64,000 nt of DNA from a bacterium. GTDB taxonomy: Bacteria > Krumholzibacteriota > Krumholzibacteriia > LZORAL124-64-63. A program made the translations under genes and the position numbers. Location: NCBI GenBank assembly GCA_031441465.1, contig JANOEP010000072.1, forward strand, positions 30,385 to 94,384. The letters are read 5' to 3'. The notes beneath the pieces are model-generated. The model did not search any database and was not told the DNA's origin. It worked only from the letters and a program-made list of their open reading frames with translations. Below, one piece after another: positions 34,682 to 42,534 of the stretch; the first letter of the stretch is position 1; the number at the start of each line of letters is the position of its first letter.

Positions 34682-35746
34682 TCACTTCTTCTTTGTCGGC
34701 GCCGACTTTTTCTTGGCCGCCGGCGCCTTCGCGGCCGGTTTCTTCGCCGCCGCCGTCCTGCCCGCCTTCTTCTCCTTGTCCATCTCCGCGCCCATGCGGT
34801 CGACTTCCCGGGCGGTCTGACGCACGGCTTCGACCGAGGCCTTGAACAGTTCCTTCTCGGCGGGGGTCATCTTGACCTCGATGATCCGCTCGATGCCGCC
34901 GCGGCCCATGACGGCCGGCACGCCGATGAACAGGCCGTGGACGCCGTACTCGCCCTCGAGCAGGGTGGCCACCGGCAGGATCTTCTTCTTGTCGTGGACC
35001 TGGGCCTCCATCATCTCCAGGGTGGCCCAGCACGGGCTGACGAAGGCCGAACCGGTGCCGAGCAGGCTGACGACCTCGCCGCCGGCCTTGCGCACGCGGT
35101 CCTCGATCTCGTCCAGCTTCTTGCTGCTGATGAACTGCTCGACCGGCATGCCCGCGATGCGGGTGCAGCTGCGGATCGGCACCATGGTGTCGCCGTGGCC
35201 GCCCAGGACCATCGCCTCGACGTTCTCCACCGACACGCCCGCTTCCTGGGCGATGAACAGGCGGTAGCGGGCGGTGTCCAGCACGCCGGCCATGCCCGAG
35301 ATCCGGTGCTTGGGCTTCTTGAGCTTCTGGTGCAGGCGGTAGACGATGGCGTCCAGCGGGTTGGCGATGTTCACCAGGCAGGCGTCGGGGCAGTACATGT
35401 TGATGCCGTCGGCGACCGCGTCGGCGATCTGCAGGTTCGTGGCCAGCAGTTCCTCGCGGCTCGGGAAGGTGCCGTCGGGGCGCATGGCGCGCGGCACGCC
35501 GGCGGTGTTGATGACGCACTCGCAACCCTCCAGCGCGCTGAAGTCGCGCGAGGCGACGAAGTTGACGTCGGCGTTGATGATGGGCGTGCCTTCGGCCACG
35601 TCCAGGGCCTTGCCGGCCGCGACCGCCGGCGGCTTGATGTCCACGATGCCGATCGTGCGCGCCAGCTTGCGGGCGGCGATCTCCAGCAGCAGGATGCCGC
35701 CGATGTTGCCGGCGCCGACGATGCCCAGTTTTCTCTTGATGGCCAT
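34682..35746 (-). CDS. mdh: LDH-like malate dehydrogenase with a loop insertion and a Lys/Ala-rich tail
   Basis: GAGNIG, GKALD, TAGVPR, IANPLDA, GMAGVLDTARY, LGGHGDTMVP, RVRKAGGEVV, GSAF. Confidence 0.88.
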   Translation of the reverse strand: MAIKRKLGIVGAGNIGGILLLEIAARKLARTIGIVDIKPPAVAAGKALDVAEGTPIINADVNFVASRDFSALEGCECVINTAGVPRAMRPDGTFPSREELLATNLQIADAVADGINMYCPDACLVNIANPLDAIVYRLHQKLKKPKHRISGMAGVLDTARYRLFIAQEAGVSVENVEAMVLGGHGDTMVPIRSCTRIAGMPVEQFISSKKLDEIEDRVRKAGGEVVSLLGTGSAFVSPCWATLEMMEAQVHDKKKILPVATLLEGEYGVHGLFIGVPAVMGRGGIERIIEVKMTPAEKELFKASVEAVRQTAREVDRMGAEMDKEKKAGRTAAAKKPAAKAPAAKKKSAPTKKK

Positions 35747-35882
35747 GCTCGTTCTCCTCAGGGTCTGACGACGGTTGGTTGCGCAGTGCGGTAATCTACA
35801 CGGGTCGAGAACCCTCTTTCAACGTGAAAATCTCACAGCATGATGCTGGCCGCGGGTCGGCGGACAGTCTACCATGGTCGGC

Positions 35883-36482
35883 ATGAACAGCTGGGACGAC
35901 AAATACGCTGCCGAACGCTACTACTACGGCACCGAGCCCAACGAGCTGGTGCGGGACGCGATCGCCGGTCTGCCGACCGGCCGGGCCCTGTTCCTGGCCG
36001 AGGGGGAGGGCCGCAACGCCGTCCACGCCGCCTCCCTGGGCCACGAGGTCGTCGCGGTGGACTCGTCGGCCGAAGGCCGCCGCAAGGCGCTGGCCCTGGC
36101 CGCCGAGCGCGGCGTGACCCTGACCTACCTCCTGGGCGATGTCGAGGTCACGGACTGGGACGACGCCCCCTACGACCTGGCCGTGCTCTGCTTCTTCCAC
36201 AACGCGCCCGCCGCGCGCGCCCGCATCCACGCCCGCGTCGCCGCGGCGCTGCGGCCGGGCGGCCGGCTGGTCGTGGTCGCGTTCGCGAAGGAGCAGTTCG
36301 GCCGCGGCACCGGGGGGCCGCGGGATCTCGAACTCCTGCAGGATCTCACCGAGGTGTGCGGGGATTTCCCGGGCGTGACCTGGGAGCGGACCGAGCGGCT
36401 GGAGGTCGTCCAGCGCGAGGGTCCCGGCCACGACGGGGCGGCGTCGGTGAACCTGCTGGTGGGGACCGCCGGTCAGCGGTAG
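35883..36482 (+). CDS. class I SAM-dependent methyltransferase
   Basis: WDDKY...YYYGTEPN, LAEGEGRNA, VDSS, LRPGGRL, GTGGP; alternative start 35874. Confidence 0.88.
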   Translation: MNSWDDKYAAERYYYGTEPNELVRDAIAGLPTGRALFLAEGEGRNAVHAASLGHEVVAVDSSAEGRRKALALAAERGVTLTYLLGDVEVTDWDDAPYDLAVLCFFHNAPAARARIHARVAAALRPGGRLVVVAFAKEQFGRGTGGPRDLELLQDLTEVCGDFPGVTWERTERLEVVQREGPGHDGAASVNLLVGTAGQR

Positions 36483-37141
36483 GCGGCTTTGATGGTGGAC
36501 CAGCTTCCCGACTGCGCCGCGACGGTGCCCTCGTAGACGATGACCAAGCGCGGCGGGATCGCGTAGGCCGTACCCCCCACGGAAATCCAGTCCTCGTAGC
36601 CCACTTCGGAGTACACGCCGGCCAGCAGGAAGCCCGCCCGCGCCGCGCCGCCGGCGACGAGATCCTGCACCGCCGCGGTGACGTCGAAACTCAGATCGAC
36701 GTTGGCCGACGACGGGAACACCACATCCAGCATGGTGTCGGGGCTCAGCGCGTTGCGGTCCACCGAGACCGGTTCGCCCGTCGCCGGGTAGTCGAAGACG
36801 CCGACGTAGGGGAAGCCCTCGGAGTCGTCGGAGTAGCCGGTCTTGCGGACCGTCAGCGTGGCTGAGATCACCGGCTGCTGGGCCGGCACGGCGTCGAGAC
36901 TGAACTCCAGGCTGGTCGCCCACTCCGAGTCGCAGCCCGCCGCCTCGCCCCCGATCTTCAGGTGCAGGGCGGTTGAGACGGTGCCGGCCGTGAATTTCGT
37001 TTCCTGGAGGCAGGCGCCGGCGCTCTCCTCGCGCTCGTCGTCGCCGCACTGCAAGGGGGGGATGGTGGCGGTGTCGGAGGCTGATGAAGTTGCCGCTATG
37101 ACGATGAGCAGATAGCAAAGCAGCGAGATCTTGTGAAACAT
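36473..37141 (-). CDS. secreted DNRLRE/CBM96-like protein ending in SWSTIKAAYR
   Basis: signal peptide; LEFSLDAVP...VISATLTV, LSFDVTAAVQ, PRLVIVY; C-terminal motif. Confidence 0.65.
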   Translation of the reverse strand: MFHKISLLCYLLIVIAATSSASDTATIPPLQCGDDEREESAGACLQETKFTAGTVSTALHLKIGGEAAGCDSEWATSLEFSLDAVPAQQPVISATLTVRKTGYSDDSEGFPYVGVFDYPATGEPVSVDRNALSPDTMLDVVFPSSANVDLSFDVTAAVQDLVAGGAARAGFLLAGVYSEVGYEDWISVGGTAYAIPPRLVIVYEGTVAAQSGSWSTIKAAYR

Positions 37142-37153
37142 GGATCCCCAATT

Positions 37154-38305
37154 CTATCTAGTGAGTGTCTGTGTTTCGGATGGTTTCTTATTGATCGGCT
37201 CCACCCGGATCAAGGTGTCAAAGACCGTGCTGGCGGCGAGACTCGCACCCGCGTCGGTCAAGTGCACGCTATCAGCGAAGGTGGCATCATCCTTGGGCAT
37301 GGACGCCTCAAGATCGATCAGCACGTAGCCCACACTATCGCAATGCGCACGTGTGGTATTGGCGAATTCGCGTGAAATGGCCAGCAGTCCGGAGGGTGAG
37401 TAACTGGGGAGCCAGTGCTGTCGACCCAGCATGCCGGCAACGGCCGACTTCGACCCGTCGATGCGCAAACTGTTGGGATAGGTGCTGAACGCCACGTCCA
37501 CGCCATTCGTGGCAAGTTGTCGGGCCAGTTTGTCCATGAGTTGGGTGTAGGCCGCCAGGTGTTGTTGCGGCGGCGAGTCGAGGAGCACGGTGGGATTGAT
37601 GGGGTCGGGATGTCGTATTTTGTTTTTCAGACGTCGCAGGCCGATGGCGAGGGAGTCCGTCCATTTTTCGGGCAACCGGCTTTTCAGGCAGGCGCGGGCC
37701 TTGGGAAGAAATCGCGAGTAATCCCGCATCGTCGGTTTGCAGGCGGCACGCATGCGGGCGATACGATCAGGATTGGAAAACTCCGTCACTTCGGGCGCAG
37801 CCTCGCCATTCATGCCCTGGACGAAGCTGAAAGGACTGATGACCAAGACGACCAGGTCGGGATGCTGCGGCAATACGTAGTGATCGAGGTAGGCTGCGTA
37901 TTGGAATGGGGACATGCCGACGACGGAGGCGTTGGAGCACGCGAACCCATACCGTGCGGAGATCTCAGCCAAGGCGGCGGGCCACTCCCGTCCATAGCTC
38001 TCGTAGAGTCCGTAGGATTCGGATGTTCCCAGGCATATGATGTCGGCCAAGACAGAGTCCGTGGCGGCATGATAGGGGTGTGAGCGGAAACCGCGCTCAT
38101 CGTGCCGCCATTTCTCGAACCTGATGCCGGGTTGGTTGAAGGTAAGGCCGCGATCGTCCACCCAACGGAGATTCAACGACCCGTAAAAGGCAAGGGGATC
38201 GGCTCGGTAATGAATCCAGTCGTCGGCTCGGGCAGCGATCTCGAAGGTAACCCCCACTAGGATGCAGGCTATCGATAATCGAATCAGTCTGCGGGCGCGT
38301 CCCAT
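37154..38305 (-). CDS. SGNH-fold protein (putative polysaccharide O-acetyltransferase partner)
   Basis: N-terminal TM; ERGFRS, ICLGTSESYG, PDLVVL, FADSVHLTDAG (DxxH); downstream of the MBOAT gene; atypical low-GC codons. Confidence 0.7.
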   Translation of the reverse strand: MGRARRLIRLSIACILVGVTFEIAARADDWIHYRADPLAFYGSLNLRWVDDRGLTFNQPGIRFEKWRHDERGFRSHPYHAATDSVLADIICLGTSESYGLYESYGREWPAALAEISARYGFACSNASVVGMSPFQYAAYLDHYVLPQHPDLVVLVISPFSFVQGMNGEAAPEVTEFSNPDRIARMRAACKPTMRDYSRFLPKARACLKSRLPEKWTDSLAIGLRRLKNKIRHPDPINPTVLLDSPPQQHLAAYTQLMDKLARQLATNGVDVAFSTYPNSLRIDGSKSAVAGMLGRQHWLPSYSPSGLLAISREFANTTRAHCDSVGYVLIDLEASMPKDDATFADSVHLTDAGASLAASTVFDTLIRVEPINKKPSETQTLTR

Positions 38306-38318
38306 GCAACCACCTACC

Positions 38319-39746
38319 TCAGAACTGGGCGTAGATAAAAGATTGCGTTTGCACGCCGAGAATGAAGACAGCGTAGGCTGCAAGGGCGATCAGGATGGGC
38401 TTACTCCACCAGGGAAGCCGGGCGCTTCCCAACAGGCGGGGGTTCTCTTCCTTGCCGGCGAGTACGTCGATCAACATCATCAGAACTGCCAAGGGGGCGA
38501 CTGTCGTCAGGAATGATCGCCATTCCCCGGCTCCGTCGGTGATGCCGCCCTTCAAAGCCGAGGTGAGTTGTCCTGGTCCATCGGCACGAAAGATCAGCCA
38601 GCCGACGCACACCAGTGAGAACGTGAGCGCGATCTCGGTGGCGTGCCGCAGCCGGCCCCGCAAGCGCAACCGGCGGCGCAGCCGCTTCAACGACGGCTGT
38701 AGGACGCGGTGCCCCACCAGCAGCAGCCCGAAATACAGTCCCCACAGCACGAACATCCACGAGGCGCCGTGCCAGAGGCCGGCCACGAGCATCGTGATCA
38801 CCAGGTTCAGGTACGCGCGGCCGCGGGAGCGGAAGGCGCCGCCCAGCGGCAGGAACACGTAGTCGCGCAGCCAGGACGACAGGGACATGTGCCAGCGCTG
38901 CCAGAACTCGCTGGGGCTGTGCGCCGCGTACGGGGTGCGGAAGTTGATCGCGAGGTCGAAGCCGAGGCAGGCGGCGAACCCGCGCGCGATGTCCGTGTAG
39001 CCGGAGAAGTCGGCGTAGATGAAGAACGCGTAGGTGACGGCCGCCAGGGCCGCAGCTCCCGTGCTCGTGAAATCGCCGGCGAAAGCCCGGTCGACGGCGA
39101 CGGCCAGATGATTGGCGATGACGAGCTTCTTGATGACTCCCGCGAACAGCAGATCGCCGCCGCGGCGCAGGGAGGCCAGCAGAGGCGGGCGGGCGGTGGG
39201 GTCCAGTTGGGCGAGGAACGGTTGCGGCCGGTCGATGGGCCCCGCGGTCAGGGATGGGAAAAACAGAAGATAGATGGCGTGGTGGAGGGGCGTGGGCGCG
39301 ACCGGCAGTCGGCCGAGGTACGCTTCGGCCTGGATGGAAATGGCCTTCAGGCAGAAGTAGGACAGGCCCAGGGGGACGGCGATCTCCAGCGTGAGCGGCG
39401 CCGTGGTCAGGCCGACGGCCTGCAGGACGGCGCGGCCGCTGTCGATGAAGAATCCGAAATACTTGAACACGAACAGCAGAATGCACTGGAACGCGATGCC
39501 GGCCCGCAGGACGGCGCGGCGCCTGGCCGCGGGCGGCGTTGCGGCCGGTTGCGTGATGCTGCGGACGACGGCGTGATTGACCATCGCCGCGGCGAGCAGC
39601 AGTGCGAGCAGCCGTACGTCCCAGATCGCATAGAAAAGGACACTGGCGGCCAGCAACACCCAGGAACGGACGCGAGACGGCGCCAGCCAGTAGGCTGCGG
39701 CGACGACCGCCATGAACAGGATGAAGCCGGCGGACAACAAGTTCAT
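38319..39746 (-). CDS. MBOAT-family O-acyltransferase (AlgI/PatA-like)
   Basis: LAASVLFY, FKYFGFF, PLGLSY, FFPSLTAGPI, IYADFSGYTDIARG, NFRTPY, EFWQRWHMSLSSWLRDY, GLWHGA, FIYAQF. Confidence 0.95.
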   Translation of the reverse strand: MNLLSAGFILFMAVVAAAYWLAPSRVRSWVLLAASVLFYAIWDVRLLALLLAAAMVNHAVVRSITQPAATPPAARRRAVLRAGIAFQCILLFVFKYFGFFIDSGRAVLQAVGLTTAPLTLEIAVPLGLSYFCLKAISIQAEAYLGRLPVAPTPLHHAIYLLFFPSLTAGPIDRPQPFLAQLDPTARPPLLASLRRGGDLLFAGVIKKLVIANHLAVAVDRAFAGDFTSTGAAALAAVTYAFFIYADFSGYTDIARGFAACLGFDLAINFRTPYAAHSPSEFWQRWHMSLSSWLRDYVFLPLGGAFRSRGRAYLNLVITMLVAGLWHGASWMFVLWGLYFGLLLVGHRVLQPSLKRLRRRLRLRGRLRHATEIALTFSLVCVGWLIFRADGPGQLTSALKGGITDGAGEWRSFLTTVAPLAVLMMLIDVLAGKEENPRLLGSARLPWWSKPILIALAAYAVFILGVQTQSFIYAQF

Positions 39747-40387
39747 CGGTTCACCACGATCCGCGACCAGTCCTCGAAATCACCGCCGTCGGGCGCCGCG
39801 GCCGGTGCGACCATGCCGCGCAGCCCGGCCTCGGGCAGCCACAGGGCGCGTTCCGGTTCGGCCTGCCCGCTGACGGTCGCCAACAACTCCTCATCGGAGC
39901 CCGCGATCCCGTCCAGGTCGATGCGGAAGACCACCCCGAAGTGCACGCTCGACACGTCCTGCGCGTCTGAGTTGATGAACCCGATCGGCGACAGGGCCGT
40001 GGCCTCCACGATCAAGCCGGTCTCCTCGACCAGTTCCCGCAGCGCGCTCACGGCCAGCAGCCCGTGCGCGGCGACGGCCGGGTCGTCGCGGTCCAGGGGC
40101 TCGACGTGCCCGCCGAAGCCCACCGACCACAGGCCGCCGAGGCGGCGCTCGGTGTGCTTGCTGCGGCGCTGGTAGCAGAGGACGCGGGCGCGCGGCCCCT
40201 CACCGCGGTGCAACACCAGGTAGGGGATGATCTGCTTGTAGTGGGAGTTGCGCTCCATGTACTCGCGCTCGGCGAAGAACAGGTGCGGCAGCAGGGCGTC
40301 GAGGTCGACGCTGCCCGGCGGCAGGAACCCCTGCGGGCTCAGGCCTGGGAACAGGTGCTTGCGTTCGACGACCAGGATGCTGCGCAC
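39743..40387 (-). CDS. NUDIX-family phosphoesterase-like protein
   Basis: YKQIIPY, ERRL, SVGFGGHVE, ALRELVEETG, GFINSD...VHFG. Confidence 0.8.
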   Translation of the reverse strand: MRSILVVERKHLFPGLSPQGFLPPGSVDLDALLPHLFFAEREYMERNSHYKQIIPYLVLHRGEGPRARVLCYQRRSKHTERRLGGLWSVGFGGHVEPLDRDDPAVAAHGLLAVSALRELVEETGLIVEATALSPIGFINSDAQDVSSVHFGVVFRIDLDGIAGSDEELLATVSGQAEPERALWLPEAGLRGMVAPAAAPDGGDFEDWSRIVVNR

Positions 40388-40424
40388 GCGACGGCCTTTC
40401 GCCGGAGTGAAGTGGACGGGCCGG

Positions 40425-41267
40425 TCAGCCGCGCAGCCGCGCGGTCGCCTGGCGGAAGCGGTCCTGGTAGCGGTTGCGCGGCGAGTTGCCGAGATCGTAC
40501 AGCGTGATCTCGGTGCGGGCGCGCGCGATCCGCTCTTCGGTCGCCGGGTGGGTGCTGAACCAGCCGGCGGCGCCGCTCGCGCCTTCCCCGTTCATGTCGA
40601 CCAGCGTCTGGAAGAAGCGCAGGATGCCCTCGGGATCGTAGCCCGCGGCGACCAGGTACTTGACGCCGAACTGGTCGGCTTGGAATTCGTGGTCGCGGCT
40701 GTTCTTCATCGTGAACAGGCCGGCTCCCAGGCCGGCCACCTGCTGCCAGGCGGCGCCCTGGGTGTCGCCCAGCAGCAGCTCGGCGGCCATCTGCATGCCC
40801 ATCGTCTGCTGGATCTGGCGCACGGAATGGCGGCCGATGACGTGGCCCAGCTCGTGGGCCATCACGCCGGCCAGCTCGGACTCGTCGTGCGCGGCCTTCA
40901 GCAGTCCGGTGGTCACGTAGATGTAGCCCCCGGGGGCGGCGAAGGCGTTGACGATGTCGCTTTCCAGCAGCGTGAAGGTGTAGGCGACGTCTTTGCGCTC
41001 GCTGTGCGCGGCCACGCGCGCGCCCACCTCGGCGACGTAGGCGTTCAGGGCGGCGTCCCGGTGGGGCGGGTACTCCAGGCGGATCCCGCGGTCGGTCTCC
41101 ACGCCCATCTGGATTTCGGTGGGGGTGTCGATCAGGATCAGGCTCTGCTCGCCGTGCGGGCCGGTGGTGGCGCAGCCCGCCAGCAGGGCCAGGGTCAGCG
41201 CCAGCGCGGCCGCCGTGTCACGAAGCGGGTGTCTCATGGTCTGTCTCCTCATGGTCGGTCTCCTCAT
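40425..41267 (-). CDS. M48-family zinc metalloprotease lipoprotein
   Basis: lipobox LAGC; VNAFAAPGG, ELAGVMAHELGH, SRDHEFQAD, STHP; three in-frame ATGs (41267, 41252, 41237). Confidence 0.9.
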   Translation of the reverse strand: MRRPTMRRQTMRHPLRDTAAALALTLALLAGCATTGPHGEQSLILIDTPTEIQMGVETDRGIRLEYPPHRDAALNAYVAEVGARVAAHSERKDVAYTFTLLESDIVNAFAAPGGYIYVTTGLLKAAHDESELAGVMAHELGHVIGRHSVRQIQQTMGMQMAAELLLGDTQGAAWQQVAGLGAGLFTMKNSRDHEFQADQFGVKYLVAAGYDPEGILRFFQTLVDMNGEGASGAAGWFSTHPATEERIARARTEITLYDLGNSPRNRYQDRFRQATARLRG

Positions 41268-41270
41268 GGT
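41231..41270 (-). repeat. about 2.7 x 15-nt tandem repeat containing an SD and an ATG
   Basis: minus strand ACCATGAGGAGACCG-ACCATGAGGAGACAG-ACCATGAGAC, encoding MRRPT MRRQT MRH. Confidence 0.85.
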
Positions 41271-42505
41271 AGGAACGCCCTCACGTCGCCCAGCTTGCGG
41301 GGCAGGTATTCGTCGATGACGTAGTTGAGGCCGTGCTTGGCCAGGGCCTGCTGCTCCGCGCGTACTCCCATCTTAACCATTTGATGCAGCGCCAGCTGCC
41401 ACGGCTTGTGGTGCAGGATGAACGGGTCGTTCTTCAGGGCGTCCTTGGCCCGCTTGATGTCCACGTCCTTCAGGGGATGGGTAGGCAGGTCGTAGTCGAT
41501 GATGTCCTGCGGGGTGATGCCCAGGAACCGGGCCTGCGGCACGCAGAAGAACTCGTTCAGGTGGGCGGCGTTGCCGCTGCCGACCTTGAGCGTGCGGTAG
41601 ATGTTGGAGAATCCGTAGGGGTCGCCGTCGACGAAGACGTAGACCGGGATGTTCTTCTCGTCGGCCAGCCGGCGCACGAAGCGGCGGCAGGCGCGCGTGG
41701 GCACGCCCCCGAGCGAGACCAGCACGCAGTTGGCCTGCTTCCAGTAGTTGTGCTTCACCAGGCGCTGGAACATGCCAGCTGTCTCGATGCAGAGGATGAA
41801 GTCGGCGTCGGTCTCGAAGCCGAGCGTCTCGACCGAGATGGGGATCGAGTAGGCCCCGCTGCCGAACCGGGTGCAGTCGATGCGCAGCGTCTCGCCGGTG
41901 TCGCGGTCCTGGTCGATGACCACCAGCCGGCCGGCCACGTCGCCGCCCTTCTCCTCGGGCACGAAGCCGAGCTGCTCGCGGTTGACCCCGAAGAACGCCT
42001 CGACGTCCTCCATGACCGCGTCGGACTCGGGCTGCTCCTTGAAGCGCGCCTCCGCCCAGTTCTTGCTGACGTAGTAGGCTTCTCGCTTGGTGGCGATGTC
42101 GTCGGTGCGGACCAGCTCCTGCGACAGGGACATCATCTTGAGCGTCTGGGCGAAGGTCTTGACCGTGCTGACGGTCAGGGTGCGCTCCTTCTCGCGGCCC
42201 TTCAGCTCGAAGTAGCCCACGCCGGGCCGGTAGGTCACGTTCTGCAGCGAGCGCACCGGGAAGCGCAGCGTCGGCTTGATGCCCTTCAGGATGCTCGTGC
42301 GGACGTCGCCCGCCTCCTTGGCGATGCGGCGCAGCAGGGGCTCGACGCCGGTCGGCGGGTCGGCCCGGCGCGCGGCGCGCCCCGGCGCGGCCTTCTTCGC
42401 GGCGGCTTTCGGCGCCGTCTTCGGCGCCGGTTTCGACGGCAGGGGCGGCCGGGCGGAGCCGAAGGCCAGCTCGGGCTGCTCGCGGTCGGGTTTCTTCTCG
42501 GGCAC
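41264..42505 (-). CDS. top6A: DNA topoisomerase VI subunit A (Spo11-like)
   Basis: TKREAYY catalytic Tyr, F..Q.ESD, TOPRIM CIETAGMFQRL, SLGGVP, FVDGDPYG, YRTLKVGS, AEQQAL; GTG start after GGGAG; Lys/Ala/Pro N-terminal tail. Confidence 0.93.
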   Translation of the reverse strand: MPEKKPDREQPELAFGSARPPLPSKPAPKTAPKAAAKKAAPGRAARRADPPTGVEPLLRRIAKEAGDVRTSILKGIKPTLRFPVRSLQNVTYRPGVGYFELKGREKERTLTVSTVKTFAQTLKMMSLSQELVRTDDIATKREAYYVSKNWAEARFKEQPESDAVMEDVEAFFGVNREQLGFVPEEKGGDVAGRLVVIDQDRDTGETLRIDCTRFGSGAYSIPISVETLGFETDADFILCIETAGMFQRLVKHNYWKQANCVLVSLGGVPTRACRRFVRRLADEKNIPVYVFVDGDPYGFSNIYRTLKVGSGNAAHLNEFFCVPQARFLGITPQDIIDYDLPTHPLKDVDIKRAKDALKNDPFILHHKPWQLALHQMVKMGVRAEQQALAKHGLNYVIDEYLPRKLGDVRAFLP

Positions 42506-42534
42506 GACGTTCTCCCAGTCTCCCGCCGGGCGGG

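Noticed and set aside
35824..35836. GTGA-N5-TCAC upstream of mdh as a Rex/CRP site
   Set aside because: Spacing is one base short of the N6 consensus and the flanks do not match.
41264..42505. top6A as part of a Wadjet (JetD) or other defence system
   Set aside because: It is a full-length TopoVI-A with cognate top6B nearby; no SMC/jetABC genes.
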